Positions 62,325 to 64,000 of a DNA stretch of 64,000 nt are shown here, in pieces (the first letter of the stretch is position 1; each line of letters opens with the position of its first letter). The DNA is from Paramoeba atlantica. Taxonomy: Eukaryota > Protista > Discosea. The stretch lies in assembly GCA_977017575.1 (NCBI GenBank), contig CDRNVI010000140.1, positions 1 through 64,000 on the forward strand. Reading direction: 5' to 3'. The position numbers and the translations under genes were made by a program. The notes beneath the pieces are model-generated. The model did no database searches. It had not been told where the DNA came from and saw only the letters and a list, made by a program, of their open reading frames with translations.

Positions 62325-62500
62325 ATTTCTTGTTGACTCTGGTTGCTTGAACACTATTGTGACTTCTGAAGATAGAATAATGAATACTTGAAAACCTGAC
62401 CCAATTGTTGCCATTTCACAAGCAAATGGTGAATTAATCCCTGTCTCTCTTGTGGGTGATTTAGAATTGGAGAAAAGTCTTCCCCCTATTGAGAATGTTT
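62325..62500 (+). pseudogene. Copia aspartic protease remnant of element A (continuation of 49677)
   Basis: Removing element B restores ...ETDDE-FLVDSGCLNTIVT...ISQANGELIPVSLVGDLEL...IENV (DSG motif). Confidence 0.85.
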
Positions 62501-63020
62501 CTTTATCTTTTCAATCCCATTTTCAGAGACAAACCACAGGAAACACACAAAAAGAAAAAATGGGCAAAAAGCTTATCTCAAATATGGGTAATAGACCCTA
62601 TTATTTAGACACCTAAATTTTGGTTATTTTTCATTTGCCCATTGGAGCTACAGCCTGTTGAGATGGTGAAAGCAATCCAATTCCTTATAGAGCAAAATGA
62701 GAAATTGATGAGGCAGAATGAACATACTACAGTGAAAGAGATGGTTGGGAAGACTTTGTACAAGTCTCATGAGAGTCATCTCAAACTGGCTCTCAAGAAT
62801 ATCAATTTCAAAGATCCATTGCAAGTTACTTGTTTCTGTGTTCAGGGTGAATGCAACTTGGAACAAGATGTTTGGCCCAACACACTTGAATTTGGAAGTC
62901 AAATCAAACTTGCAATAACTCTCCCCACTGGTAGTTGGAATCTCTTAGGACTAAAGAAGGATGCTGGATTGCCAAGAGATATATTACTCACTCTGAATAG
63001 CTCTTTTGGGAGGCAGAATG

Positions 63021-64000
63021 TGTCAGAATCCTGGTGTGAACTGATTCCATGTTGTACAAATTAATTTGTTTCTCTTTATACACCACTGTGCTCCCCTGTT
63101 GTGTGAATATCCCTGATGAACATTTGTAAGACTATACAGACCATTCTGATTCTACATGTATTCCTGTCTCTCTCATCTGAGCTCTTCCCACCCAGTTCTC
63201 ACTTTGAATTCAAGTTGTTCCCTTAATATTTTCGCACCATCTTATTTGTTTATTTTATATAATCTTTATGTCAATTAATCCTGTGTTCTATAACATTTAT
63301 CTGTGATTTAATCTCTCCACCACATCCTTTTTCTTGTGTGTTTTTGTCTTTCATTCTGTTTTGCTTCTTGTCAATTCCACACTTGTTATATTTGTTGTCC
63401 CATATGAATACTCTTTTTGTTTGTTGGTAAAAGGAATAAACTTACTTGATTGGTTTCCCCTTGCGATGCACCACCAATCTTTTCCATGATTTGCTCTTGA
63501 CTTTTCTCTTTCTTTCTTTTCCCTTTCTTTCCTTTCCTTCTTTCCTTCACCTGCCCACTCTTTCCTTCTCCAAACTCCTGGCCACTTCACAGATTAAGAG
63601 TCTAGGCTTCCGGCCTGAGTTTTGTTTTTTGAAAGTTTATCCTTCCTCCTCTTTCATCTTTGTTTTCTGGAAGCAGCGATTTCGAATCACTGTCCTCTCT
63701 GTTCTTTTTCATGTTTCTTTTCATGTGTTTTTTCTTTGTGTTGAAAACTCATTTTTCGTGTTTTGTTTTTTTGGGTCATGGTTATGGTTTTTGGCCAATT
63801 CTCGCGATTGTGATTCTGGCATTTGTGAATCTTGATTGTTTTCTCATTTGTTTGTTTTTGTTTTCTTGTTTTCTTCTTCATTGAGAAAGTCTATTTGTTG
63901 TTCTGTGAACTGAGCATCAAAATTGGAAACCATTTTTCAATTCCTGTTCTTTGTTTCAAACCAAGGAGATCAAGTTCTTTTGGTTTTGTTTTGAGTGAAG
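63021..64000 (+). mobile_element. Second copy of element B (B'): 5' LTR 63021-63591, PBS and leader, running off the window end
   Basis: Reverse-complement match to 61346-62324; 571-bp LTR TG...CA followed by GATTAAGAGTCTAG. Confidence 0.9.

Noticed and set aside
61346-64000. DIRS-like or DNA-transposon terminal inverted repeats
   Set aside because: It is fully explained by two oppositely oriented LTR elements; the left one has its own TSD, PBS and PPT.

Overview
AT-rich, intron-containing eukaryotic DNA in the standard genetic code. The gene set and intron style suggest an amoeboid protist; that assignment is an inference. The window has two sharply different halves. (1) About 1-37.8 kb is a compact gene array, mostly in alternating orientation. 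It holds the 3' end of a dynein light intermediate chain, a GT11 fucosyltransferase-like gene, a long coiled-coil gene, a CC1-box (BICD/HAP1-like) candidate dynein adaptor, glycine cleavage H, a signal-peptide protein with two HVA22/REEP domains, Beclin/ATG6, two tandem double-homeodomain paralogues, an unknown gene, a group XII PLA2, histone H4, a DNAJC17-like gene, NAP1/NCKAP1 and a BAR-RhoGAP-ankyrin protein. (2) About 38-64 kb is a CpG-decayed nest of retroelements whose insertion order can be rebuilt from target-site duplications (TSDs). A copia-like element (A) carries one L1-clade LINE in its 5' LTR. An apparently non-autonomous LTR element (B, 571-bp LTRs, TSD ATTTC) sits exactly at A's gag/protease junction. 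B itself carries a full-length L1-clade LINE with an archaeal-type RNase H. Main highlights: both LTR families have primer-binding sites (PBS) matching the anticodon arm of tRNA-Lys (UUU in A, CUU in B), implying half-tRNA-Lys priming; a degraded TET/JBP-like dioxygenase frame lies inside the CpG-decayed nest; and the two divergent LINEs share a covarying 3' stem-loop. All coordinates and alignments were made by eye, with no database searches.
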